Both the position numbers and the translations under genes were made by a program. A DNA stretch of 64,000 nucleotides. It comes from Octopus sinensis. Lineage: Eukaryota. Below the pieces are notes generated by a model. It had not been told where the DNA came from. It did not search any database and saw only the letters and a list, made by a program, of their open reading frames with translations. Positions within the stretch are counted from its first letter, which is position 1; each line of letters opens with the position of its first letter. This document shows positions 25,554 through 39,228 of this stretch, one piece after another. The stretch covers positions 69,378,001 to 69,442,000 of the forward strand of contig NC_043008.1 of assembly GCF_006345805.1 (NCBI RefSeq), written 5' to 3'.

Positions 25554-26923
25554 TAAATATGATCAGAGAAGACAAAGTAGATTCGCAAAGTAATTTGGGT
25601 TGAGCTCTTCAAATTCACATTGTTTTTAAGTGAAATAAATATTAATAAATGATCTTGTCACATTGCACTAAAAGAAATAACGTCATATACAAAGTAGAAA
25701 GATTTAATTATCATCTGCTTTACCCGATGAAATTACAATTAAACGCCCAACTGCGTAGTCCACAGCAGGTATTGAACTCAGTATACGTTCATTCGCTTTT
25801 CATTGCTACTGCTGCTTTCACTGGTGAATCTTGCCCTCACTATGATATTGCTGTGCAGAAGCAAGTTGGATGAAATAATTAAATGATAGGAATAGGAGCA
25901 CGCTGGCATAGTAGTGCTCCCAACAGGATACATTCTACGGACACTTCGGTATGGAAATATCATAAAGTATTAGAAAATATCCGTTTACTTTCCATGTTCA
26001 AATCCTGTGCAGGACAAATCTCACCCATCTAGGACGAAAACGCCGATATAATCAAGTATATAATTGCAGGCAATTATTCCAGCATGGCTGCAACCTGAGA
26101 AATGAATCATACTAAACGATAGAAAGGTTTATCTGGGAACCATCTCTGCAGCCATGTTTTAAAGGCTGGACTTATCGGTGAGTTGAAAATATTGGTAAAT
26201 TCTTAATCCTGCTTAACGACACAATTTAATCCTGCTCACCAACACAAGACGAGTTAATCTTATACGCGTGTGTATGTATATATGCGTGTGCATTTGTATA
26301 TGTTTGTGTATCTATGTGCATGTGTACTTATACACACACATACATATACTTACACACACACACACACATATGTATGTATATATATATACACACACAATAC
26401 ATCTGTACATACACACACATACATATATACGCATAATATTTGTTCCCCACTGGCATATTTTTGCGTTTACAGCATACAAAGGTTTTTTTTTCGTCTTTTT
26501 AACCTAATATATCACAATCTAATAGCTGAATTCGCTTCCAGATACATCGTTAATGAAGATTTTTATCTATACATACACACACGCACACACACACATACAC
26601 ACACACACACACGCACATTCACATGCACGCACACACGTACGCATACAAACATATACACATCCACATATGCAAAGATATACATACGTACACAAATAGGGAT
26701 ACACATACACATGTATAAGCGAAATCATGATTGCTGCGATTAAGACATTCACTAAGCTCACGCATACGAATAAATGGGTATGAGATTATAAGTCTATGTG
26801 TGTGTTTGTGTATGGCTCTGTGGTCTGTATATACATACTTACATACATATACATACATACACACACACATATACACATAGAAGCACGTGTGTGTGTATAT
26901 ATATATATATATATACACACACA

Positions 26924-26977
<54 letters not shown>

Positions 26978-27011
26978 CATATATATATACATATATATAT
27001 ACATATATATA

Positions 27012-27060
<49 letters not shown>

Positions 27061-27098
27061 TATAGACCGATACACAAACAGATAAACAGACAGCCAGG

Positions 27099-27135
<37 letters not shown>

Positions 27136-27487
27136 GCAAAATACGCTGAAAATACAAATATTCGTATACAAATTATTTATTGTGAATTATACAATGACTA
27201 GTGAGGGAAACCATTTATATGAAACACTGGCTATCGGCTCAATTTTGCTTGGTTGCAAACTGAACATTTGAGAATACGATTTGCTTTGCTATAGAATATT
27301 GTCGCGTGAATCTTGTGATGCATATGGGAACAATAAAATATGACACTGCTGTACTCACTTTCTGTGTACTCACTTTCTATGCAGCTGGTTCTATATATAT
27401 AAATGGGATAGGGCTTCAATACAGATACTTCTTATAGTCTTCAATATATCTGTATACGGTCTCTAATCCATGATAACAAGCTGGAAC

Positions 27488-27790
27488 TCGGTCGGTTACG
27501 ACGACGAGGGTTCCAGTTGATCCGTTTAACAGAGCAGCCTACTCCTGAAAGTAACGTGCAAGCGGCTGAGTACACCACAAATACGTGTACACTTAATGTA
27601 GTTCTCAGGGAGATTCAGTGTCACACAGATTGTGGCAAGACTGGCCCTTTGAATTAAAGGTAGTACTCGCTTTATCCAACTGAGTGAACTAGAGCATTGT
27701 GAAATAAAGTGTCTTGCTCAAGGACACAATGCACCTCTAGAATCGAACTCACGACTTTACAATCGCGATCTGGATACTTCTAACCACGAA
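27488..27790 (-). mobile_element. tRNA-derived SINE sharing the body and tail of 10926-11290
   Basis: cggttacgacgacgagggttccagttgatc is the reverse complement of that tail. B-box-like gagttcgattc on the minus strand. Confidence 0.75.
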
Positions 27791-28519
27791 ATCATGTGTC
27801 TTCGCTTCAATAAACCATATTGTTGAATACCTAACATTAGGCATATTATCAAGTAATTTATTACATATATTAAAGTATATATGCAAAATGCACGTGGAAA
27901 TATAAACTCCTGTATTAATATAAATATAGAATTTATAACCAAATCCCACAGGCTTCCTGCAGCGCCAGACAATCATTAGAAAGAAGACTGCAGCAATTTC
28001 AAATCTAAACTAAATTTATAGATACTGCCTCTATATAATACTGCCTCTATACAAATATTTTCGCTCGTTGGTGTCTGTATGACGCTACATGAAACCCATG
28101 GGTAAGATCCCTAAATATAATATTTATTTTCATATTAGCGTATGTATTCATTTTTAATATCTTCTGACGGGATCGAACATGAATATCTGAACACTGTTGT
28201 TTTACGTAATCGGAGAACATCTGCTTCATTTAGAAAACGAGTGTTCATAAGATAATCGAATTACGAGTGTAAGGGGATTTTGAGACCTTGCGGTATATTA
28301 TGAATGCATATCTTATAAAGGGGAGGTGTTCTCCGTTGAAGGAAAATAACACCGATTGGATATTAACATTGGAATCTATCAGAACATTTTAAGAGAGAAA
28401 GGTATATTGTTGTCAGGTTTCTCACTGTTCTGCGTGCATCCCATGAATTATTCCAACATTTTTATTTGTATATTCACATGTATCCTGCACGTACACTCTT
28501 ACATATATTATTATTTATT

Positions 28520-29075
28520 CATTTTTTCTGGTTTATATGATGGAAGAGGATGTTGTGCTCATTGTCTTACAAGACCTTCAATACTGGCGAGGCCGTCGAT
28601 GTTAACGTTCTTCTTGAACAGATGTAACTCATATAGGATATATGAAAACCATTCGCAAGGTGGAAGGAAGGACTTCACGGGGTCCAATATTCTAGGGAGG
28701 AAGGACTTGACATAGTTGTTAGGGCAGGGGTCTAGTGTGGAGGACTCAATACGAGTAGCGAGAAAAAAGAGGTGCTTGACTTAAGAATGTTTGAGAACAA
28801 ATGGCAGGAGATCAGCAAGCACTAAGAAGCAGATGCCATTGTTGTAGAATTAGAAAAAAGAAGACGTATAACACAGCATATCTGGGACAAAGAAGTTGAG
28901 GATTATCAAGGGCCAGCATTGTGCCAGATGATTATGTAGCCTTTCTTTGAATGCAGTCCGAGATGTTTGTGTATTTAACAGCATTATAACTCCTATTGTA
29001 GGAGTATTGTCATATTTGTAGAGGGTTAGCAGTTCGAGGGGGATGACATATTTTCTGCCCTTGAGAAGAAATTCA
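28520..29075 (-). mobile_element. Decayed CR1/L2-group LINE 3' fragment
   Basis: Minus strand FLLKGRKY..LELLTLYK...P..SDCIQRKA, resembling the post-RT LYK..RP.LEY..LDRIQRKA motif. Many stops. Confidence 0.6.
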
Positions 29076-29587
29076 GGATATATTAAAATTCATTTACCTT
29101 CTTCTAATCGGAGCATTCTTGTACATAAAATAAATATTACTGAATTAACGAAGTGCTGTGAAAACATAAGGATGCAAATTAGGGTGTCCACCAAACTGGT
29201 GGTTTAATTTATGATCGATTAACACAGCAACTAATCTGAACTACTGTTTGGGAAAGCATGTTATATACACCTTTTCTGACGAGCGGTCAATAAATCGTAA
29301 AACTGTAAGTTGGGAGATTACTTCCCTATTATTTTCCACCTGTAAATAGCATAGATAAAATATGCATATATTTTGCATTCAGCTACAATGAGGATTTCAA
29401 GTATTTATATTTCAGTTCTAATTTATGCTGTATCGTGCATAAAATATGTATGTGTTTATGTATGTGGGTGAGTGCTTGTGTAAATGTAAGTTGGCATATA
29501 TATATATATACTACATACATATATATATATATATATCTTCTCGGTCGAATTAATTAATAATTAATTAATTCTACCCTTTTTATTGAT

Positions 29588-29667
<80 letters not shown>

Positions 29668-29700
29668 CTGAGGTACTTACATATATATATATATATATAT

Positions 29701-30010
29701 ATAAAAGGAAATGAAGAAAATGCTGACAAATAATTGAAGTAATTTAAGTAATTTAATTAGGTGAAAGTTCTTTTTACCGGTTGCGCATTTGTTATGCTTA
29801 TCAAAATATAAAAGAGAGATTAGAGTTCTTTCTTATAGAAAGGAACTCTAAGAGAGATTAGAGTTCTTTCTTATAGAAAGGAACTCTAATCTCTCTTTTA
29901 TATTTTGATAAGCATAACAAATGCGCAACCGGTAAAAAGAACTTTCACCTAATTAAATTACTTAAATTACTTCAATTATTTGTCAGCATTTTCTTCATTC
30001 CTTTTTTATA
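29701..30010. repeat. Near-perfect 310-bp palindrome with a central 38-bp tandem hairpin and hammerhead variants in both arms
   Basis: 29701-29828 is the reverse complement of 29881-30010. 29813-29850 is identical to 29851-29888. Confidence 0.95.
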
Positions 30011-30042
30011 TATCACCACTCGTGTTCGACATCTCCTTTTTT

Positions 30043-30124
<82 letters not shown>

Positions 30125-30129
<5 letters not shown>

Positions 30130-30307
30130 AGAATTCATGAAAAAGACAAAAGACGAAGACAGGTGGTGTGGAAAACAAAAAGGTGTTCCAGTATAACGCT
30201 CGGGAATTGAAAAAGTCTTTAACGTTTCGAGCTTACGCTCTTCCACAGAAAGGAACACAGAAAGAAACAAGGGGAGAAGAGAATGTGTGTAGTGGCTAGG
30301 GATCTAT
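30125..30307 (-). mobile_element. Hammerhead-like-motif repeat (copy 3)
   Basis: Minus strand CUUU-CUGUGGAA-GAGC-GUAA-GCUC-GAAACGUU-AAAG. (TA)n flanks. Confidence 0.6.
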
Positions 30308-30547
30308 AATATATATATATATATATATATATTGCATATTCAAGATTCAAGTTCAATGTCATTATATTTGAGCCGTTTATAACATGCAGTAGTATGCTTT
30401 ACAATTTTTACATCATTTATAAGCATACATATATATATATGCGTGTACGTCTGTATCTATATGTGCATCCATGCATACAAGCATGCATACATGCATATAT
30501 ATATATATATATACTATATATATATATGTATACAAGCCTGCATACAA

Positions 30548-30597
<50 letters not shown>

Positions 30598-30961
30598 TTA
30601 CATACATGTGTGTGTGTATACGTATTTATGTATTAAAATATTCCTGACAATTGATCCTTATATTGTTGTACTTGTGAACCTGCCAACTTACCCTCTGTTC
30701 CTGACAGTTTCTCACTGCTCCCTCCCACCATCGCTCTTCGACATCAATATCAATTATTAAATTACACCTCTTGTAATCCACCACCTTCACGCCAAATCAG
30801 CAGCCAGGATTACTTCGACGATTGCACTTGCTACATCATCAATAGAAACTCATCACGCTCACTGACATACATACGCATGCCCATAAAACACACACATACA
30901 CACAAATATATACATACACTGTCACACATATTTGTATACGTTTATATATATATACATATAT

Positions 30962-31010
<49 letters not shown>

Positions 31011-31103
31011 TACACTCACACACACGTATATATAGATACGTCAGTGGGTGTATGTGTGTGTATGCGTATGCATACATGTGTAATGCATATGTACATACAT
31101 ATA

Positions 31104-31135
<32 letters not shown>

Positions 31136-31381
31136 CTCACATACACATACGTGTCTATGTTTATAAATATCCATACTTCTATAAACAGACACACACACAC
31201 GCACACATATATGCTTGTATAATACATACATGCATACACACATAATATACATATATATGTGTGTGTACGTGTGTTCTTTATATGTATAATATGTATGCTT
31301 GTATAATACGTACATATATAGACACATCATTATATATATATATATATATACTTATACATACAAATGTATATATATATATGC

Positions 31382-31432
<51 letters not shown>

Positions 31433-31469
31433 TATATGTATATATATATATATACGTATATATATATGT

Positions 31470-31523
<54 letters not shown>

Positions 31524-31546
31524 TATATAGATATATATTATATATG

Positions 31547-31597
<51 letters not shown>

Positions 31598-31792
31598 GTT
31601 ATATATATATATATGTATAATATATATGTATATACATATATATATATATATTTCTGTATATAGTTACTCAATATGTGGGTCGATGTGTTTGTACCTATGA
31701 CTGCCTCTGTATGTCTATATCTGTCTGTGTCCTTTTGTGCATACGTACAGATAGCTATCCTGTTTGGGTTTGTATGTATATATGTATATATG

Positions 31793-31826
<34 letters not shown>

Positions 31827-32291
31827 TGTATGTACGTATGTATGTATGTATGTATGTATTATGTATGTATGTATGTATGTATGTATGTATGTATGTATGT
31901 ATGGTGTGTATGTGTATGTTGATATTTTCAGAACACATGTGATATCTCATCTCTATCGAATTCCAATCTTACTGATTAACCTACTCACAAATCTCGTTAC
32001 TGAGGTTTGCATCGAATCTCATTTGTTAGTAATAAATAACAAATGTTTCTCTTGTAATAACCTTTTGAACACAAGACAAGGGAGCCACCTGCCGGTCATC
32101 GGTGACAATATTTCGCACTGATTGTTAGCCGAACAGACGCCAGTTCGTTTCCTATTAACAGACTCCTTTTAATCCGAATTATACTTTATTGTTGTTTAGG
32201 CAGCCATTTTGAGTGTACGCGTACGCCTGTGTCGGAAAGATATACATATATATATACATATATATATACACACACACATATATATATATAA

Positions 32292-32326
<35 letters not shown>

Positions 32327-32759
32327 ATATATATATATATATATATGTTGATTAACGCGTCGGATACTATTCGTGGGTTGAGAAAATTATGTAACGTAAA
32401 GTGGTATAGATTGTCGGTGCAATTATTCTATATTTGGTGAAAGTATTCTTTTATTCTTTAAGTAATCCGAGCCACTAGAGTGTAACCATACTGGGGCAAC
32501 ACTTCCAACTGTTTTCCTTTCTTTTGTTCATTCGAGTTGAAATTGGTTGTATGAGCTATATTTATATGTTGGTCTCTATTTACCAAGTATCTAATTTAAA
32601 GAATATAAAGGAAACAACTGCAACGTAAATAACATCGGTTCTTTTAAGCGGTGTAAACATATGCATAATTGATACACACAACCGGTAACAAACACATTAT
32701 TCTCACGAATATACATGCATACATAAAGACATATACACACATATGCACGCACACACACA

Positions 32760-32920
32760 GGCGCAGGCGTGGAGTGGTAAAAAAAATTGCTTCCCAACCA
32801 CATGTTTCCGTGTACAGTCCTACTTCGTAGCACTTTGGGTTAGTGTCTTCTACTATAGCCTCGGGCTGGGCAAAGCCTTGTGAGTTGATCTCGTAGACAA
32901 AAACAGAAATAAAACCATCA
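32760..32920 (+). mobile_element. SINE family A, 5' half
   Basis: ggcgcaggcgtggagtggt..gtgtcttctactatagcctcggg. Confidence 0.8.
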
Positions 32921-33212
32921 AATATATATACATATATATACATACACATATATATATGAATATATATATACACATAAATATATATATATATACTATATAT
33001 ACATAGCAATACGGAGGGGTTCAATAGGTGGTTCATCAACTTTTAGACATTAAATTATATTAATTTATTTATTTATTTACTAAACTGACAATTACAAGAA
33101 TATTCATACATGTATAACATATTATGCTTTACATATAAGATATAAAATATATTCAAATATAAGGATACCAGTAATTATTACAAAATAACATACATGAATA
33201 TAGATTGGGAAA

Positions 33213-33342
33213 ATAACTTACAGTTGTTTCAGCCAAGAGGTAAAAATACCTCATTCTACTTTTATTGCTCAAGAAGACTGAAGTAATAGGTAAGATGAAA
33301 TTGAGGTACTTGGGTATTACTCTAGGCTTCGTCAGAGATTAT
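33213..33342 (-). ncRNA. Type I hammerhead ribozyme with long stem II
   Basis: Minus strand AUAA(U)CU-CUGACGA-AGCCUAGAG...UACCUCA..UGAGGUA...CUCUUGGCU-GAAAC-AACU-GUA|AGUUAU. Confidence 0.75.
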
Positions 33343-34249
33343 AAAGTACATAATGTTAAGTTATAAATACGTATAAAATAAATAAAAATACGCACACATT
33401 TAAATACTTATATTTATAGATATACATATACATACATATATAAATATACATAAATACTTACTACTAATATAGGATGAAGATTTTTTACAGAAAAAATTTC
33501 ATCGAAAAAAAATTGGCAGCGTATTAAAGTACCTTTAAAGGTTAAAATTATAAACAACTTATCAACAATGACAAAAGAAAATTATTTCTATGCCAATATG
33601 CTGATAACAGACTTTTAAATCGTCAATTTCCACATATTATTATATACCCGCTACAGAAATAGGTTATGCTGAAATCGAGGAAAGCTAACCAATAGAATTT
33701 TTTAAAACGTTCGTTATTTCTATATTGGATCAATTTCGGAATTAATCTCAAAATAGATTTTTTTCTCGTCAGTAGAAAATACGAATAGAAATAAATGAAA
33801 TACTTACATCCACCCATGGAAAAAAGCCGAAGCAAAAGTCATGTGTACACATAAGTACCCCAGATATATCTAAATATAAAATCCTTTGGTTAGCCTCAGC
33901 ACACGTGTGAACCACTTATAGTGGTTACCAGTCCTTATAGCGAATAGTAATAAATCTTCTACTAATATAGGATGAAGATTTTTTTACAGAAAAATTTCAT
34001 CAAAAAAAATACTTAAATAGAAACAATACATAAGTATTTATATATATATACTTAAATGTACATACATATCTGCATTTATAAGCATACACAATAATCAGTT
34101 ATTACTAATATTATTAATATTGGATGCATTCTATTATTCACATTAGATATAATATAGAATATAATATCTAAAAGATATTTTTGAAAGTTATAAGGATAAT
34201 ATGCAAAAGAACTTCTACCAGTACCAGTTGCATAAAGTCATGCTGCTAT

Positions 34250-34793
34250 CCCAGTCCATGTTTGAAGATAGCTTTAAGCTGAATACAGAGGGTATCTGAG
34301 GCTGCTGTAGACCGAGGTAAAACCCTAGCAAGTGAGAGTTGCTGCTAGGAAGCCATATTTATGGTTGTAAGATTTGGCTTTTTGCCATGCCTCTGAAAAG
34401 AATCAGAAGTGGTTGTCGGAAAATTTCTATTTCACCACTCTCAATTTCTGGCCTCCAAAATCCTCCGATTTTTATTCCAAGTATTACGATATGTAGGGTG
34501 CAGTTGAGAAAATTACCAGCCATGCTCTACCCGCAACACCAAGGCCGAGCTAGTGGCCAAGACCAAGGCGATGTTCAAAGATCATTCCAGGGACTGTGAG
34601 GAACGTTAGCGATAGGTTCTGTAGCAGTCTTGATCTTCTAGTGGAAGCCTGGGCGGCTACCCTAGGTTAACTTTTATCTCCCAGTCATGATCTAGTTGGT
34701 ATCTTTTTTTGAATTTTAAAAAAATTCTTTTATTTTGGGGTAGAATATTGTATTTTCTTTTCTTTTTATGCAAACTGTCAAATAGATTCCATG

Positions 34794-34797
<4 letters not shown>
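34250..34797 (+). mobile_element. Tc1/mariner (DD37D maT-like) 3' relic
   Basis: FWPPKSSDF..YY...GAVEK.T, matching the WPPxSPDLNPLDYxVWG motif. Heavily decayed. Confidence 0.6.
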
Positions 34798-34845
<48 letters not shown>

Positions 34846-34846
<1 letters not shown>

Positions 34847-34922
34847 TCGGGTTGTCATGATGAGTATATTGGGCTTCGTATATTTTACCCCAGCGTCACT
34901 TTCATGGCATGCACTGCTTTCT
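34846..34922 (+). mobile_element. Non-coding (TAA)n-tailed retroposon, 3' tip only
   Basis: gtcatgatgagtatattgggcttcgtatattttaccccagcgtcacttt..gcactgct followed by (TAA)n. Confidence 0.75.
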
Positions 34923-34936
34923 TAATAATAATAATG

Positions 34937-34997
<61 letters not shown>

Positions 34998-35000
34998 TAA

Positions 35001-35188
35001 TAATCCTTTCTACAATAGACACACGGCCTGAATTTTGTGGGAAGGGAGACAATCGATCACATCAACCCCAGTTCTCAAGGATGAAAGGCAAAGTCGACAC
35101 GGCAGAATTTGAACTCAGAACGTTGCGGCAGACCAACTAACTCTAAACATTTTGCCTGGCGTTCTAACGATTCTTCCAGCTCGCCACC
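35001..35188 (-). mobile_element. SINE family B
   Basis: aggcaaagtcgac..gaatttgaactcagaacg..cagctcgcc. Confidence 0.85.
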
Positions 35189-35209
35189 TTAATAAAAATA
35201 ACAATAATG

Positions 35210-37292
35210 TTTTCATTTATTTGCCACAAGGGTGAAGGATGAGGGAGACAATACAAAGACAAACATAAAGTTTGGGGTTTACATATAATGAAATGATAAA
35301 ATTAAAGGGAAAGGTAAGTATACACGGTCGGTATACACAGGAAAAGAAGGAACATATACATAGATTTTTTTAAAAAGTGGGGCGGTGAGAATGATAGAGA
35401 TATAGCCCTCCTGATGCAGGAAGACCTCTAGGGATAATCGAGGAATCCCAGTGTCTGAGATTTCCCTCTCCAATTCCTTCTCTCCGACTTACAGATCTTC
35501 ACTGAGAGAGGTACTATCTACTCTTACCATTTTTGCACCCTCTCATTTCAATAAACTCACTCGAGGACAACACTTCGCTCTCCACTCTCAGCTTCTTTTC
35601 CAAGTGAAACTTGAGGAAGTTAATGAGAGCTCTACCAAAGACGGATGTATCTGTCCTCATGTCTTTCAGCCTTGTCCACAAAACAGCCTCTTTCGCTACG
35701 GTCACCAGGCAACGGAAAACTTCTTTGCCCTCCCGATTCAAGGAGGGCGACGGAATAATCGTCACTGCTGACTCAGCCGATAGGCAGATGCGTCCCACAC
35801 GTGACAGCAGCTTTTCGACATAACCCCACAAGTAATCAGCAATGCCCGGGAACTGAACTAGTATGTGCAGAACAGTTTCATCACTCTGCGCGCACCTCGA
35901 ACAAGTCCGTCTGACAGCACATTTGTGCCTGTAGAGTTTATCTCGAACCGGTAGCGCCGCTCGGTAACACTGTCAGGCCAAGGACAACTGGAAATTATCC
36001 ATGATAATTCCAGACTGGAAAGTCCTCCCAGAACAGTCTAGCCGGTTCCTTTTTGTCGGTGCCAAGAATCTCTCCGAGAAAGTCGTCGCAATTACCCGCC
36101 ACTAAACCTCTATAAATTTCTAAAGCGGAACATCCACCGATCCTATTGCCCTACTGGTAGAGAGCTGTGAGCGCCTGACGACATTCTAGGTACCAGGTGC
36201 CCAGTCTCGTTCTTTTCTTCACTCACGACTGTAACTCAGTCAAAGTGATGAGCTGCGGAAGGACGAGCCTCACAAACGGAGCCTACACACGCTCACCATC
36301 CAGAAATCGTTGCATGTGGCGTAATCTAAGAGCATGTCTGCGTATTATGAGCTACGGCATACTTAATCCGCCACTCAGAAGATGCTAGCAATAAAAATTG
36401 ACCGCGTGTCCATTAGAAGGCATCCCTTCCACAGGAATTTAAATAAGTGACGCTCCAACCTAGTCAAGCAGTAATCGGGACAAGATACGACAGTCAGGCG
36501 ATAAATGATAACGGAGGCGATGTAGGCATTCACCACCTTTGCCTGATCTTTCAAGAACAGCTTCCTCTCAGTGCATTTCTGGGTAAGACTGGCCACCCTG
36601 TTCACCACATCGTCCCAGTTCTTATCAACATGGAGGTCGGGACCAAACCAGACCCCGAACAGTTTAACTTGTCCTTCGGTCCAGTGTCCGACGAGGCCGT
36701 CCGATGGCGTCGTCCTCCATCTGCAGGAGCCCAACTGCAAATCCACCGATTGTCGGTATTGATTTTAGCGTTTCCACTTCGAAGGCGTCCGACACTACGA
36801 CAATGACATCATCCGCGCATGTTGACAATGCCCCTCTTTGTCCCAGTTCGATAGGGGTGCCCCTGAACTGTTCTAATTTTCGCAGAAGTGGATTGAGTCC
36901 CAATACGTACAGAAGAGGCGACAGCCGGCAGCCCTGGTGGACCGAGCCTGCGATGCCAAACGGCTCCGATAGGTCACCATTTACTTTGACCAATGAACAG
37001 GTGCCGCTGTGCATTGCAGCGATCCAGCCTCTGAAAACGAGTCCGAAAACACCTGCTTTCAGGACGGCTTCCAAATAGTGATGGTCGACCCTATCGAATG
37101 CTTTCGATTGATCCAAATTGATCAGAACATCCGCGGAGTCAGCTTTAATCCAAGCCCTCTCTATGATGTATCGCATTAGGAGGAGGTTGTCGTGGGTAGA
37201 CCTGCTCGGGATTGCGCACGTTTGCACTTCTCCGACCAAGCTACTGACGCAAAGCATTTTTGTCCGGCATGCTAACGGTTCAGCCAACTCAC
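35210..37292 (-). mobile_element. 5'-truncated L1/Tx1-clade LINE pseudogene (RT, C-terminal zinc knuckle, 3'UTR)
   Basis: AIPSRSTHDNL..LINLDQSKAFDRVDH..SVHQGCRLSPLLY..CADDV; VKLFGVWFG; LFKFLWKG; VAKEAVLWTR. Frameshifted. Confidence 0.92.
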
Positions 37293-37296
37293 TCCC

Positions 37297-37512
37297 TTAA
37301 TCCTTTCTATTGTAGGCACAAGGCTTGAAAATTGCTGAGGTAGGGTTAATCTATTAGATCGACCCTAGTGCTTGCCCAGTACTAATTTTATCGACCCTGA
37401 AAGGATGAGAGGCAAAGTCGGCCTTGTCAGAATTTGAACTCAGAACGTAAAGCTTGATGAAATGCCACTAATCTTCTTTCCGACGTGCTTATGCCTCTGC
37501 CACCTCGCCGCC
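37297..37512 (-). mobile_element. SINE family B
   Basis: Same core as 35001-35188. Confidence 0.85.
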
Positions 37513-38220
37513 TTCAATAGTAACCCTTATCTTTGAGTCAGAAGCTCATAACTGTTCGAGCAGATCGTACTCAACGAAATTGTCTACAGCATTTCAATGA
37601 GGCTTATTTTGTGTCGACCCTCAAAGTATAAAAGACAACGCCGATCCCAATGGAGGATATGTGCAATCAGATGCACAAGGATGTAAGTAAGAATTTATCG
37701 GACTCTCTAAGTGTGTGACACTTAACAAATAAGTTAGACTACAAAGAAAGATGAAATCTTTTCAAGTCGCACTCTGCCATAAATCAACGTGTTGTGGGAT
37801 TTACATTCATGAAGACAATCATACAAATGTAAGTTTGCTATTCTTCTTTATTTCCATCAACACTATTAAATGTTAATATAGAAATATCTACGTAACTTGG
37901 GAAGTTGGTGGGGGAATGTTCAGATACAATCTAATGGAAATTTCTTTTAAGTGTCAGTTTAGCTTATGGTTTTGATGCAAATTGATAATACAGTTCTATG
38001 ATAAGGAACTTGTTAATATAAATATATATCTTTGTAGTCTTCAACGAAATTCTATAACACAAAACAGTGTGTTTTGCTAAATTCTCAGGAGAAATACCAC
38101 TTACAGAAAAGATGGAATTGGTTCGGATTAAAATCACTTAGTCTAGCTTAACGTCTCGTCTAGACACGGACATTCTCGAACAGTACCCCCTCTCACACTC
38201 TCTCTTTTTCTCTTTCTCTT

Positions 38221-38255
<35 letters not shown>

Positions 38256-38827
38256 CCCTCCCTCTCTCTCCCCTCTCTCTCTCTTTCAATCTCTCTGTAG
38301 TTATTACATAAACAGGCCTACCTAGAATAGCAAAAGTTTCATTGCTAGCATTGCATCGGTAACATCTATTATATGAATGTCTGTCTTTACATAACAAATG
38401 TGATCTTCCGCAGCTCAGCACGCCACATCCTTTTACTAATACTATCGTTAATTATTATCACTCACGTCACTATTAATACCATCACTATCACCACCACCAC
38501 CACCACCACCACCAAAACCACCACCACCAAAACCACCACCGCTAATATCGCTATTCTCCTCACTACATCCACCACTACCTCATATTAAATAAGTGGTGCT
38601 ACTACGTAATCATGTGATCTGCCAGAAATGATGACCTAATCTTCCTGAAACCTCATTGTTTGGTTTTAATAAATGGCACACTGGATTAGGAAACCAAAAG
38701 TACATCATTCCTGAAAATAAGACAAAATGGTCATGGCCGGAATACCTTGGATGTTGAGTTAGCATTTTCACAGCCGACCTTAGGCTTAATAACAACAGCA
38801 GCTTCTACCACCACCACTACCGCCAAT

Positions 38828-39228
38828 ATTGGTTTCAAATTTCGACACAAGGCCAGCAAGATCGTAGAAGGGTGTAGGTCCTTTTCACCAATCCCAATCA
38901 ATGTTCAACTGGTACTTATTTTCTCGATCCCAAAAAGGATGAAAGAAAAAGTTGATCTCGGTAGAATTTGAACTCAGAACGTAAAGACGGACGAAATGCC
39001 CGGCGTGCTGACGATAATGTCAGCTCGCTGCCTTAACTTTACAATTACTATTGGTTTCAAATTTTGGATCAAGACCAGGTGTTTGGTGGGGATAGATTAA
39101 GTCGATTATATCGACCCTAGTGATCGACTGATACTTATTTTATCGACCCCGTAAGGGCGAAAGATAAAGTTGGCCTCGGCTAAGCATTTTGTCCGGTGCT
39201 GGTAAGATTCTGCCATCTCATCGCCTTA
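38828..39228 (-). mobile_element. Two adjacent SINE family B copies
   Basis: Cores tacttattt..tcga(t/c)ccc..gaatttgaactcagaacg at about 38910-38985 and 39100-39180. Confidence 0.75.

Noticed and set aside
27345-27400. Duplicated GTGAGTAC donor-like 15-mer on the minus strand (possible micro-exon)
   Set aside because: The acceptor is just TA repeats plus AG, with no supporting gene context.
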